Source: Meiothermus sp. (GTDB lineage: Bacteria > Deinococcota > Deinococci > Deinococcales > Thermaceae). From it: a stretch of DNA of 64,000 bases. The position numbers were made by a program, and so were the translations under genes. The DNA lies in contig JANRLD010000094.1 of NCBI GenBank assembly GCA_033762915.1, positions 1 through 64,000 on the forward strand. Reading direction: 5' to 3'. Of the stretch, positions 11,204-22,945 are shown in pieces (position 1 is the first letter of the stretch; each line of letters begins with the position of its first letter). Below the pieces are notes generated by a model. The model was not told where the DNA came from and did not search any database. It saw nothing but the letters and a program-made list of their open reading frames with translations.

Positions 11204-12295
11204 ATGGGAAATGAGCCTATGAAGGATGATGAACTTGATGTGCCATCTCCTACACGGCAGGATACAGTTTACGGACTTATTAAGGGAGCAATTTCAACTA
11301 TTCCTGTAGCTGGAGGCGCGGTAGCAGAATTGTTCCAAACATTGGTTACGCCTCCTTTAGAGAGGAGACGTACAAGATTTTTTACAGAACTGGTGGCCAA
11401 ACTTCAATCATTAGAAGGAGCCAAACATGATATATCTCTCGAATCATTACTTTCTACAGACAGAGGTATGAGCGCTTTCTTAACGGCATACTCAATTGCT
11501 ATCAAAAACCACCAGACGGAGAAAATTCGTGCATTAATTAACTCCGTCATAAATTCGGGAACAGCTTGGAATGTTGAAGAAGACCTTGACACCATTTTCC
11601 TCCATCACATTGATCAATTAACGACATTGCATTTAGTCTGCCTCTTATTCATCTATGGCGAACAAGGCATGGAAGCGGGGTTCCGTTTGCACGATTCTTC
11701 AATAGTTGATCAAAAACAAGAAATCCCATCTGCCACCTTTCATTCCATTGAATCAGCATTTGACGAGCTTGCACGTAGTCTGGACAAAGCATTGTTTGAC
11801 AATTCAGTGGGATTCGACTTATTGCGCAAACTACTCACCGATCTGCGAAACATGGGGTTTCTGTTTGACCAAAGAACTGATGGGCATACAGCTATACAAA
11901 AGATACTGTTCTTTAGATGGTTTCAAAACAACCTTGGTCGGCTATTTATTGAATTCATAAGTGAAAAGCCTGATTTTGAGACCCTAATAGTCAATTCTCA
12001 TCAATATGCTCAGGAAGTCGAGATGCAGGCCACCGATTGGGTGAAGTATCGCGTCGTTCAAGGAAAACAAGGACACACAGATTTTCACGATTTGAGAGCC
12101 GCAGAGCTGTTTCTCAATTCTGAGCAAGCAGCGACTGAACTACAAGAAGTTGCCTTAAGGTGGAAGTGCAATGGTTGCACCTGTGGACACGGATTTAAGT
12201 CGCCCCACAAAGCTACTCTTTGTTCTACGCTGACGAAAGAATGGCCTGAAATTGGACGTGTAGATGTTGTTTTGTCAACCCTCAAGCAGAAGTAG
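11204..12295 (+). CDS. hypothetical protein, low-GC, probably horizontally acquired
   Basis: 363-aa ORF, AT-rich, Cys/His cluster near C-terminus (CNGCTCGH...H...C). Confidence 0.75.
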   Translation: MGNEPMKDDELDVPSPTRQDTVYGLIKGAISTIPVAGGAVAELFQTLVTPPLERRRTRFFTELVAKLQSLEGAKHDISLESLLSTDRGMSAFLTAYSIAIKNHQTEKIRALINSVINSGTAWNVEEDLDTIFLHHIDQLTTLHLVCLLFIYGEQGMEAGFRLHDSSIVDQKQEIPSATFHSIESAFDELARSLDKALFDNSVGFDLLRKLLTDLRNMGFLFDQRTDGHTAIQKILFFRWFQNNLGRLFIEFISEKPDFETLIVNSHQYAQEVEMQATDWVKYRVVQGKQGHTDFHDLRAAELFLNSEQAATELQEVALRWKCNGCTCGHGFKSPHKATLCSTLTKEWPEIGRVDVVLSTLKQK

Positions 12296-12338
12296 GGCCT
12301 CGAGCAAACCTCGAGGCCCCCTCTTTCAGTTTTCAACC

Positions 12339-14108
<1,770 letters not shown>

Positions 14109-14585
14109 GAGAAGTCCTCCCCGATAATTGACCCGGAGGCCAACTTCGCAGGGAGGTTTTCTGAGTTGAAGACGCCGCGTTGCTACAGCTCTGCCGCTAC
14201 ACTCTTATGACAAACCTTGTTGCAGAGATAGCCCCGACCCGAAACCGTTGAACCCTCGAGTTGCCCTGAGGCAACCCCCTCGGCGGCGGACGTTTGTCCG
14301 CCCGAATTGCCCGAATTAAGCGTTCGACGCCCGAGGCGGGCCGGGTCGCGGCCAGCCGGGGCGCTGGAACCGCGCAGGGCCGGGTGGGCCGTGCAGCGGT
14401 GGGGAGTTGGGTCGGCAAGTGGAGGCTGAGGAGCCGGAGCAGCCCCAGCACACTGAACGTGACCCGCCAAGAGGCCCCCAGCGCCCGGTACAGCAGGGCG
14501 GTTAGGGGGGCCATTGGCGGGCGCTTCATCCTCGGAAAACCTCGAGTCCTGCGGGAAAAGCGTCTATCGGTGACGCACGGTACAC

Positions 14586-15632
14586 TTACGCTTCGACGGG
14601 TTCGACCTCGGAATCCTCCGCGGCCGGCACCGGCGATGCTTGTAGTCTACCAGCTTGCGCCAAAACTTTCTCGCGGATCTCCTGGGCCATGGCCGGGTCG
14701 CCTTTGAGGTACTCCGCCGCCTTCTCCTTGCCCTGGCCAAGCCGGGTCTCGCTGTAGGAGAGCCAAGAGCCCGACTTCTCGATCACCTCGACCGCCACCG
14801 CCACGCTCACCAGGTCGGCCAGGGGATCGATGCCCTTGCCGTAGTACAGCTCGATCTCGTGCTCGCGGAAGGGTGGGGCCACCTTGTTCTTGGTGACCTT
14901 GATCTTGACCCGGTTGCCCACCGCGTCGTTGCCCACCTTGATGGGCTGGCCCTGCTTGCGGACTTCCATCCGCACCGAGCTGTAGAACTTGAGCGCCCGC
15001 CCGCCGGGGGTGGTTTCGGGGTTGCCGTACATCACCCCCACCTTCTCGCGGATCTGGTTGATGAAGATAGCGGCGGTGTTGCTCTTGGAGAGCACGGCGG
15101 TCAGCTTGCGCATGGCCTGGCTCATCATGCGGGCCTGCAAGCCCACGAAGGCGTCGCCCATCTGCCCCTCGATCTCGGCCTGGGGCACCAACGCCGCCAC
15201 CGAGTCGATCACGATGATGTCCACCGCGCCGCTCCTTGTGAGCAGTTCGACGATCTCGAGGGCCTGCTCGCCGGTGTCGGGCTGGGAGACCAGCAGGTTC
15301 TCCACGTCCACCCCCAAGGCGCGGGCGTAGATGGGGTCGAGGGCGTGTTCGGCGTCCACGAAGGCCGCCACCCCGCCCGCCTTCTGGGCCTCGGCCACGA
15401 TGGCCAGACACAGCGTGGTCTTGCCGCCCGACTCCGGGCCGTAGACCTCGATGATGCGCCCCTTGGGGATGCCACCGATCCCCAGCGCCATGTCCAGGCC
15501 CAGTGAGCCGGTGGAGATGGCCTCCACGCTGTTGATGGGCGAGTCGCCCAAGCGCATCACCGCGCCCTTGCCGAACTGCTTTTCAATGCTCTTCAGGGTG
15601 TTCTCGAGGGCCTTCTGCTTCTCTTTATCCAT
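14586..15632 (-). CDS. recA: recombinase RecA
   Basis: [30 protein letters not shown] motifs. Confidence 0.99.
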   Translation of the reverse strand: MDKEKQKALENTLKSIEKQFGKGAVMRLGDSPINSVEAISTGSLGLDMALGIGGIPKGRIIEVYGPESGGKTTLCLAIVAEAQKAGGVAAFVDAEHALDPIYARALGVDVENLLVSQPDTGEQALEIVELLTRSGAVDIIVIDSVAALVPQAEIEGQMGDAFVGLQARMMSQAMRKLTAVLSKSNTAAIFINQIREKVGVMYGNPETTPGGRALKFYSSVRMEVRKQGQPIKVGNDAVGNRVKIKVTKNKVAPPFREHEIELYYGKGIDPLADLVSVAVAVEVIEKSGSWLSYSETRLGQGKEKAAEYLKGDPAMAQEIREKVLAQAGRLQASPVPAAEDSEVEPVEA

Positions 15633-15757
15633 TTCTTGCGCTCCTGGTTTCAGGGTTTGAGGGGGGCTAGGTTTGGGGTACTGCGGATGGCGATGGGCAA
15701 TGGGCGTTCAGCCGTGAGCCGTTTAGACCTGGGCACAAAGCCCAGTGACTAACCAAG

Positions 15758-16357
15758 TTAGGCCTCCCTCGAGGAGTGGTTGAGCAAGACGGCCTCTTGG
15801 TCTTGACCTGCGGCCTGCGGCCTGCGACCCGCGACGCCTTGGCCTTTCAACACAAACCGCTCGAGCACGCGGTACTGCGAGCCCCGGGGGTCGAGGGTGG
15901 ACTCCACCAGGCATACCTCCCTGGCCTGGAAGGCCAGATCGAGCGTCAGGGGGGCCACCCGCGGGGCGGGCGACTTCTTGCGGGCCAGGGTCAGGTGGGG
16001 GTGGAACTTTTCCTTGCCCTCGGCCTCGGGGAGGGCCTGGCGCAGTGCGGCGGCGAGGGGCTCGAGGCCGTCCCCGAGTGCCTTGACGAACCAGACGCGC
16101 GGAGCCCCGGAGGCCGGGAAGTACCCTGTTCCGCCGAGCTGAACTTGAAAAGCGGGAACCGTGGAGGCGACCCTCCTTCCCAGCTCTCTTAGCTCGGGCA
16201 GGCGGGCTTCGTCGGTCTCGCCCAAAAACAGCAGGGTGATGTGCAGTTGGTCGGTCTTGCCGACCTTCCAGCCCCGGTAGCCTGCCACCTTGTCCTGGGC
16301 GGTCTTGAGGGCCTCCTGGACCTGCCTGGGGGGAAAGATGCCGAAGAAGAGTCTCAT
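15758..16357 (-). CDS. thpR: RNA 2',3'-cyclic phosphodiesterase (2'-5' RNA ligase family)
   Basis: MRLFFGI start, two HxT motifs (HITL, HLTL); cinA-thpR-recA order. Confidence 0.92.
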   Translation of the reverse strand: MRLFFGIFPPRQVQEALKTAQDKVAGYRGWKVGKTDQLHITLLFLGETDEARLPELRELGRRVASTVPAFQVQLGGTGYFPASGAPRVWFVKALGDGLEPLAAALRQALPEAEGKEKFHPHLTLARKKSPAPRVAPLTLDLAFQAREVCLVESTLDPRGSQYRVLERFVLKGQGVAGRRPQAAGQDQEAVLLNHSSREA

Positions 16358-16441
16358 GCCGGCTTCCTTCGGTCGCGTTGACGGTTGAAGGTTGACCGTT
16401 GATGAGCCCCAGACCGGCCCGCAACGCACATTGCCGCGCTT

Positions 16442-16568
16442 GTAGGGACGCACGGCCGTGCGTCCAACATGGTGAGCGGCCATCCGACCAACCGCCTGTC
16501 CGAAATGGCGGAAAGTGCAGATTGCGCTACCAAGCGCCTTGCTCGGACGCACAGCCGTGCGTCCCTAC
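16442..16568. repeat. inverted pair of GTAG REPs (REPIN-like)
   Basis: GTAG-GGACGCACGGCCGTGCGTCC (16442-16465) and GGACGCACAGCCGTGCGTCC-CTAC (16545-16568). Confidence 0.75.
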
Positions 16569-16577
16569 GGGGAAACA

Positions 16578-17783
16578 TCACCCCTCACCCCGCAGTTCGG
16601 AGACCAGGAAGGCCAGGGCGGCGTGGGCGGCACGCCCTCGGAGCATCTCGCGGTTGGCTCCGGGGAGGCGCACATGCTTGTGCTTGACGCCCCCTGGGGT
16701 CGCCAGACCAATGTAGACGGTGCCGACCGGCTGGCCCTCGAGTTCGTCCGGCCCCGCCACACCGGTCGTGGACAGCGCGTAGGTGGTCTCGAGGTTGGCC
16801 CTGGTTTGCTCCGCCATCGCCTCGGCGAAGGTGGCGGTGATGAAGCCGCCCTGCCCGGCCTCGCCGCTCACCAGCTTGGCCTTGACCCCGCCACCATAGC
16901 CGATCAGGCCGCCCGCGTAGACCCTGGAAGCACCCGCCGCGCTGGTCAGGAGCTGGCCCAGCAGCCCCCCGGTCATGGACTCGAGGGTGGAGAGGGTAGC
17001 GCCGCGGGCCTCGAGCAACCTTAGCACGCCCTGCGGCAGGGTCTCGCTGCCCTCGCCCCAGACGAACTCGGCGATCAGGGGCTTGATTTGGGCGGCGAAG
17101 CGCTCCACGCCTGTCGGCTCGCCGCGCACCACCACGTGAACGCCGTCCATCTTGGCGTAGGTGCCTACCTCCACATCACCTTCGCGCCGGAACAGGTCGC
17201 CCAGCAGTTCGACGATCCGCGACTCGCCCAGCCCGAAAGTCTTGTAGGTCACCTGCGCGTAGGGCTCGGAGGGCAGGTTCAGCTTGGGGAGCACCTCGGC
17301 CCACATCGGCTTCCACTCGCCCGGCGGCCCCGGCAGACAGACCAAATCCTTGCCGTCTCTGGAAATCCACCAGCCGGGCGCGGTACCCCTGGGGTTCTCG
17401 AGCCAGACCGCGCTGGGAATCTTCATGGCCTGCTTGCGGTTGGCCTCGGGCATCTTCCAGCCCCGGCCCGCGAACAGCGCCTCGAGCCAGGCCAGCTTCT
17501 CGGGGTCGAGGCTCATCTCCTCACCCAGCGCCAGCGCGACGGCCTCGCGGGTCACATCGTCCGGGGTCGGCCCCAGCCCGCCAGAGAGCACCGTGAGCCG
17601 GGCCGAGTTCCAGGCCGAGCGCACCTCGGCAGCCAGGACCTCGAGGTCGTCGGCCACCCGCAGCGTCCGGCGCACCGCCACCTTGTAGGGCTGCAGGCTC
17701 CGCGCGATGTCAGAGGTGTTGGTGTCGTTGGTCTCCCCGTACAAGAGTTCATCCCCCACGCCGATAATTTCTGTTAACAGCAT
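16578..17783 (-). CDS. cinA: CinA family protein (MocF domain + NMN deamidase domain)
   Basis: GDELLYG, GGLGPTPDDVT, ESMTGG, TTGVAGP motifs. Confidence 0.95.
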   Translation of the reverse strand: MLLTEIIGVGDELLYGETNDTNTSDIARSLQPYKVAVRRTLRVADDLEVLAAEVRSAWNSARLTVLSGGLGPTPDDVTREAVALALGEEMSLDPEKLAWLEALFAGRGWKMPEANRKQAMKIPSAVWLENPRGTAPGWWISRDGKDLVCLPGPPGEWKPMWAEVLPKLNLPSEPYAQVTYKTFGLGESRIVELLGDLFRREGDVEVGTYAKMDGVHVVVRGEPTGVERFAAQIKPLIAEFVWGEGSETLPQGVLRLLEARGATLSTLESMTGGLLGQLLTSAAGASRVYAGGLIGYGGGVKAKLVSGEAGQGGFITATFAEAMAEQTRANLETTYALSTTGVAGPDELEGQPVGTVYIGLATPGGVKHKHVRLPGANREMLRGRAAHAALAFLVSELRGEG

Positions 17784-17911
17784 AATTGGTCTCCGGTTTT
17801 ATTGCAAGAGGCGGTGAAGGCCAAAGGCGGAAAGGGAGAAGAGGAAAGCGGAAAAGCAGGCAAAAACGGGATGCACGTGGTTTCTGGTTCCTCCCCGCCC
17901 TCTCCTGGCAT

Positions 17912-18910
17912 TTAGATTCCTGGCACCAAATCCAGCGGCAGCAGCGCCAGGGTGGCGGAAGTCTCGCCCACCTGGACCTGGTCGCCGACGTTGAGTTCCT
18001 TGCGCACCAGGGCCAGGGCCAGGGCACCCAGCTTGGGGGAGACCACGGAGGTCTTGACCTCGCCGACTTTCTTGCCGTCGCGCAGGACGGGCGAACCGCT
18101 GAACATCTCTTTCTGGCCCAGCAGGCCCATCACCTGATAGCGGGTATTGCCGCGCGCCTCGAGCCGCGCCATGATCTCCTGACCCAGGTAGCAGCCCTTC
18201 TTGTAGCTGACGCGGTACTCCCAGCCGACCTCCTGGGGCAACTCGCCCAGGCTGTCCTCGAGGTCGGCGATGCCGCGCTCGACGCGCCAGATGCGCCAGG
18301 CCTCGCGGCCCGTGGGCTTGGCCCCGGCCATAATCAGCGCTTTGGCCAGGGCTTCGGCCTTGCCCGCCAGCACCCACAGCCACGCGCCGTACTCGTCCCG
18401 GGCCATCACCCAGTCCTCGGTCGCGCTCACGCCCCAGACGCCGGGGAACTGCTCGGTCAGGCTCCTGGCCACGTAGCCGGTCTGGAGGCCATTCAGGCGC
18501 AACAGCACCCACCCCTCGGGCTGGGCGATCTCCACCGCGTCGAAGATGATATAGCGGCGAAAGCGCTCGGCCAGGGCGGGGGCGGTGCGGGCGGCAATCC
18601 AGAGCTTTTCGCCGCGCCGCACCACCAGGGCGGCGTGCTCGACCTGGCCCCGGTTGTTAAGGAAGCAGGTTTCGAGCCAGCCCTCCTCGGGCATCTTCTT
18701 GATATTGGAAGTGCACTGGTTGTGGACGAACTCGAGGGCGTCCTTGCCGCTGACCTCGAGCAGCCCGTAGTCGGAGAAGTCCAGCAGGGCGGGGCCGTAG
18801 TCGAGGGACTCGAGCTCGACCCGCAGCGAGTTGTAGTTCCACACCACCTCGCGCTCGCCCTCGTAGCCCCAGGAGGCTCCCAGGGTGTCGTGCAATGAAC
18901 GCAACCGCAT
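17912..18910 (-). CDS. ygfZ: folate-binding protein YgfZ / GcvT-like
   Basis: KGCYLGQE signature. Confidence 0.88.
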   Translation of the reverse strand: MRLRSLHDTLGASWGYEGEREVVWNYNSLRVELESLDYGPALLDFSDYGLLEVSGKDALEFVHNQCTSNIKKMPEEGWLETCFLNNRGQVEHAALVVRRGEKLWIAARTAPALAERFRRYIIFDAVEIAQPEGWVLLRLNGLQTGYVARSLTEQFPGVWGVSATEDWVMARDEYGAWLWVLAGKAEALAKALIMAGAKPTGREAWRIWRVERGIADLEDSLGELPQEVGWEYRVSYKKGCYLGQEIMARLEARGNTRYQVMGLLGQKEMFSGSPVLRDGKKVGEVKTSVVSPKLGALALALVRKELNVGDQVQVGETSATLALLPLDLVPGI

Positions 18911-19184
18911 GGCGTTTAGTCTACGCCCTGGATGTGCGGAACACACGAAGCGAGGTCACTTATGGGCGGGCACCAGGAGAGGGCCCCGCCTTAGGCCAGG
19001 TCGCCTGCGCTTTTGGGCCTGCCGAGGCGGTAGCGAAAGCGCTCGAGGCGTCGGGCGCTCAACCGCTGGGGTGGGTTCCGACCCTGACCGGTCCAGCCGT
19101 TCGGCCTTTCACCTGTTTGCCCCGTCCTCCGCGGTTGGTAAAAGTGCCGTGTTCCCCTCGAGCCCCGCCTGATACCCTAGACCC

Positions 19185-19934
19185 ATGGGGGCGAAGTACC
19201 GATTCGTGCGGGGGAGCCTGACCCTGCTGCTGCTGCCGCTGGCTTGGGCGGTGTGGGGGCTGGGGCTGGCGGGGGCGGTCGCACTGATGCCGGTGGGGAT
19301 CGCGCTGTCGAACTGGGCGGCGGCCAGGGGGCTGGGGCGGATGAGCCGGGGGCTGCCCAGGAGCATCAGCCTGGCCCTGCGCGGGCTGGGGCTGGGGGTG
19401 GTGCTGCTGGCCCTGGCCGACACCGTGCTGGGCTACCGGCTGTGGACGGGCGGCGAGGCGCTGCGCGGCCTAAACGACGCGCTGTACGTGGCTGGGGCAC
19501 TTACCGTGGCGGCGGCGGGGGCCGCGTTGCCGTGGGCGGTGGAGGGGCTGGGGCTGCACCCCAAGGGGCACGCGTTGCGCCAGACGCTGATCGCCTTCGG
19601 GTCGGGCGTCCTGCTGACGCTGGGCGTCGCGGCGCTCCAGACGCCGCTGGCGCCGATCCTCTACGTCTTCCTGGCCATCTCGATCGGCCTGGCGGTGCTG
19701 TTCTTGCTCGAGGCCCAGGCCATGCACAACATCCGGCTCAGCCAGGGCATCCGGGCGATCGTGTGGGCCCTGGCGCTGGTGGCGGTGGGGCGGATCGTGG
19801 GCTCGTTCGGGGGCGCCGAGCCGTCGCAGCTCACCCTGGCGCTCTACGGCCTGTTCTGGCTGGCGGCGATGAGCCTGCTGGCCTGGGTGGGGCACCTCCA
19901 GCGCTTCCAGGCCCGGCGGGCCACTTCGGGCTAG
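19185..19934 (+). CDS. multi-pass membrane protein
   Basis: Several hydrophobic segments; TACCCT -10-like box 6 nt before ATG. Confidence 0.75.
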   Translation: MGAKYRFVRGSLTLLLLPLAWAVWGLGLAGAVALMPVGIALSNWAAARGLGRMSRGLPRSISLALRGLGLGVVLLALADTVLGYRLWTGGEALRGLNDALYVAGALTVAAAGAALPWAVEGLGLHPKGHALRQTLIAFGSGVLLTLGVAALQTPLAPILYVFLAISIGLAVLFLLEAQAMHNIRLSQGIRAIVWALALVAVGRIVGSFGGAEPSQLTLALYGLFWLAAMSLLAWVGHLQRFQARRATSG

Positions 19935-19974
19935 GCGCGGAGGACTTTGCAGCACACGGGATTCGGGAGAGATT

Positions 19975-20484
19975 TTGGCCAAGGTGCAGCTGTTCAGCCG
20001 CTCGAGTCTGGTCAAGGCCAACCTCGAGGCCCTCGCGCAGAATTGGCGGTTTGAGCGCGGGGTGACGCTGGTCCTGGACTACCCCGCCGGGTTCGCCCTC
20101 GAGGTACTGCCGATGCTCGAGCCGCCGGTGGTGATCGTCACCCCCAGCCTCTCGCCCTACTACTGGCAAAACCTGATCGACCACGGACCATCGGCCCTCC
20201 TGACCGAGCCCGCCGCCATCGAGGCCGCGCTGACCAAGGCCGCCACCGGCCAGCCCGGCAGCTTCCCCGCCGTTCCCGCCGACCAGCGCCTGACCCCCCG
20301 CGAGCGCGAGGTGCTGGGCCTGCTGGTGAAGGGGATGAGCGACAAGGAAATTGCGCGGGAGCTGGGACTCGAGCCCAAGACCGTCTCGCACTGGGTGCTC
20401 AACATCCGGGGCAAGATGGGGGCGGAGAACCGGGCGCAAGCCATTCTGATCTACTGGGGATTGCTGCCGGGTCTGACGGTCTGA
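19975..20484 (+). CDS. LuxR-type HTH transcriptional regulator
   Basis: LTPREREVLGLLVKGMSDKEIARELGL...TVSHW...KMGAENRAQA; degenerate N-terminal domain; TTG start. Confidence 0.85.
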   Translation: MAKVQLFSRSSLVKANLEALAQNWRFERGVTLVLDYPAGFALEVLPMLEPPVVIVTPSLSPYYWQNLIDHGPSALLTEPAAIEAALTKAATGQPGSFPAVPADQRLTPREREVLGLLVKGMSDKEIARELGLEPKTVSHWVLNIRGKMGAENRAQAILIYWGLLPGLTV

Positions 20485-20593
20485 TCGCGTTCCCCGCCCT
20501 TACCTCCCTCGCGGCGGCAGGTAATGTACTCCCTCAAGCAAAAACCGCCCGCTTTAGCGCCGTAGAGAGAATACGTGGGAATCGCTGTGAGGT

Positions 20594-21391
20594 TTACTTG
20601 CGCGTCAGCTTGGCCCCCAGATCGGCGAACCCTAGCGTCAACAGCACGAAGGCCAGGGCGGGCAGGAAGAGCTGCTCGGCGGCGGCCAGCCACTCGAAGC
20701 GGGCGGTGGCGATCATCTGGGCCAGGTCGGGGTTGAGGGGCATGAAGCGGCGCATGGGGACGTTCTCGAAGCCGCTGCCAAACTCCACCCAGTAGCCCGT
20801 GGTGGCGAAGTAGCCCAGCACCGCCAGCTCGGCCATCCACAAGAAGGCCACCCCGATCCCCACCGCCATCGCCGAGGGCAGAACTGGGAAGAGGTGCGGC
20901 AGAACGTGGCGGGTGAGAATATGCCAGCTCGAGCCCCCCATCGCCCGCGCCCCCTCGATGAAGGGCTCGAGCAGCACCGTTCGCACCCGCACCGCCACCA
21001 GCCGGGCCAAATACACCGCCAGGCCCAGGGCCAGCACCCAGGTGTAGGCCCCGTTGCCCAGCAGCAGGATCAGCCCAGCCAGCACGAATATCTCGGCATA
21101 GAGCCCAACCGTCAGGCCACGCCAGCCCAGCAGCAGGCCCAGCAGCAGCGCCACCGGCAGGGCCAGCAGCAGCACGTTCAGGGCGACCTGAAGGCTCTGG
21201 CGCACGCCGCGGGCCACCAAACAGGCGGTATCGCGCCCGTCCACGTCGGTCCCCAGCCACGCGCCGGGGGTGCCGGGGGGCGCGGGCGGTACAACGGTCT
21301 GGCCGCCCGCCTGGATCAGGAGCTGGCGCGGGCAGCCTTGCGGCGGGGCCAGCAGGGCGATCAGGAGCAGCGGGAGCAGTACCCAGCGCAT
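20594..21391 (-). CDS. ABC transporter permease (OppC/DppC-like)
   Basis: WLGTDVDGRD, FIEGARAMGGSSWHILTRHVLP EAA loop. Confidence 0.85.
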   Translation of the reverse strand: MRWVLLPLLLIALLAPPQGCPRQLLIQAGGQTVVPPAPPGTPGAWLGTDVDGRDTACLVARGVRQSLQVALNVLLLALPVALLLGLLLGWRGLTVGLYAEIFVLAGLILLLGNGAYTWVLALGLAVYLARLVAVRVRTVLLEPFIEGARAMGGSSWHILTRHVLPHLFPVLPSAMAVGIGVAFLWMAELAVLGYFATTGYWVEFGSGFENVPMRRFMPLNPDLAQMIATARFEWLAAAEQLFLPALAFVLLTLGFADLGAKLTRK

Positions 21392-22212
21392 CAGACCACC
21401 CCCCGCTGGCGCGGGTCGAGCCGCCGCGCCAGCGCCTCTACCCCCACCGCATAAGCCCCCGCCATCAGCAGCAGGAGCAGCAGCCCGCCCGAGGCCTGCG
21501 TCGCGGGCATCTGCACCCCCAGGTTCAGCCCCTCCACCGCCCCGCCGCTGGCCAGGATGTTGTAGACCGAGAGGCCCAGGCCGGGGAACTGCAGGAGCCC
21601 CTCCAAGAGCATCACCGCCACCGCCAGCCCGAAGGCCTCACCGGCCAGCAGGCTGACCCCCTCAGGCAGCGCGACCCTGGCGGCCTTGGCCCGCACCCTC
21701 GGCTCACTCAGCCCGATGGCGCGGGCGGTGCGGGTGAAGTCGGCCCCAGCGTACTCTTGGCGGCGCAGCTCGAGGTACTGCGCCACGCGGGCGGCGGGCG
21801 GCAGCAGCAGGGCCAGGGTGAGTACCGCGATCACCCAGGGCTGTCCCGGCTCCAGGGGGGTGAAGAAGCGGAAGACCGCCGCCAGCCAGAAGATCACGAA
21901 GATCGCCAGGGTGAGCAGGAAAAAGCCCGGCAGGCTTCCCAGCAGCCAGCGCACCCCGGCGGGCGCCCGCTGCAACAGCAGGATAGCCGGCCAGGCCAGG
22001 AGCGCTGCCAGGGTGAAGTAAACCCCGGTGGTGGGCAGCCCGACCAGGAACTGCGCCATCGCCCCGCCGGAGAGGGTCTGCCAGAGGTGCAGCGGGTAGC
22101 CCAGCAGGCCCCCCAGGACGCTTCCGAAGCTGACCGCCTCGCCCAGCTCACGCTGGCGCAGTCCCAGGTACACCAGCAGGTGTACGGGAATCAGGGCCAG
22201 CAGTATCCGCAT
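21391..22212 (-). CDS. ABC transporter permease (OppB/DppB-like, divergent)
   Basis: DFTRTARAIGLSE, FPGLG, terminal LDPR. Confidence 0.8.
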   Translation of the reverse strand: MRILLALIPVHLLVYLGLRQRELGEAVSFGSVLGGLLGYPLHLWQTLSGGAMAQFLVGLPTTGVYFTLAALLAWPAILLLQRAPAGVRWLLGSLPGFFLLTLAIFVIFWLAAVFRFFTPLEPGQPWVIAVLTLALLLPPAARVAQYLELRRQEYAGADFTRTARAIGLSEPRVRAKAARVALPEGVSLLAGEAFGLAVAVMLLEGLLQFPGLGLSVYNILASGGAVEGLNLGVQMPATQASGGLLLLLLMAGAYAVGVEALARRLDPRQRGVV

Positions 22213-22302
22213 CAGGGTCAGGCTACCACCTTGCCCCGCTCATACTGAATCCACCGTTTGGTTAATTGCCGAGGGTGGGGGATCTCCGGTTAGGCTATGC
22301 GA

Positions 22303-22776
22303 ATGGGCTGGGTGCTGATGGCGTTGGGGGTCGCGGCGCTGGTCTGGGCGCTGCGAACCCGGGAGCGCCGGGCCGAGTGGCTGCTGTGCGTGGCGCTGTT
22401 GTTCGGCGTGGGGTTCACCCAGGTGGTGGACTCGCGCAACGTGCCGCAGAACCCCGACTTTGCCAGGGGGCGCACCAGCCAGGGCTCCTCGAGTGCCCTA
22501 ACCGGTCAGGCCTTCGGCGGCGGGATCAGCTACAAGGACATCCGCTGGCTCGAGGAGGGCGGCAAACGCTACATCGCCGGTACGGTCGAGAACACCTTCA
22601 GCGAAGCCTGGCGCACGGTCTACGTCAGCTTCGAGGTCTTCGACAGCGCAGGCAACCCCATCGGGGTGGTGGAGCAGATGTTCATGACGCTCGAGCCCAA
22701 AAAGCCGGTGGAGTTCCGCCTCGAGGTAGCCCTCCCCAACGCCAGCCGGTTCACTATTCTGAGATGGAGCAACTGA
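22303..22776 (+). CDS. FxLYD-like domain membrane protein
   Basis: IAGTVEN...VYVSFEVFDSAGNPIG; two N-terminal TM segments; start chosen 6 nt after TAGGCT (alternative 22297). Confidence 0.7.
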   Translation: MGWVLMALGVAALVWALRTRERRAEWLLCVALLFGVGFTQVVDSRNVPQNPDFARGRTSQGSSSALTGQAFGGGISYKDIRWLEEGGKRYIAGTVENTFSEAWRTVYVSFEVFDSAGNPIGVVEQMFMTLEPKKPVEFRLEVALPNASRFTILRWSN

Positions 22777-22817
22777 TATAGAGTCCGTTTGTTCCCTTTT
22801 CGTTCGCAAGGGCGTGG

Positions 22818-22849
22818 CGTAGGGGCAACCACAAGGGATCGCCCCTACG
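22818..22849. repeat. GTAG...CTAC REP-like palindrome
   Basis: CGTAGGGGCAACC...GATCGCCCCTACG. Confidence 0.65.
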
Positions 22850-22945
22850 AAAAACCAGCAAGTTTCTCGGAGCGCGCTTCCTACTGCCTCAGCCAGACCG
22901 AGAATACCGAAACACCGACGGGTTGCATCGCCTCTCGAGCCTCCG

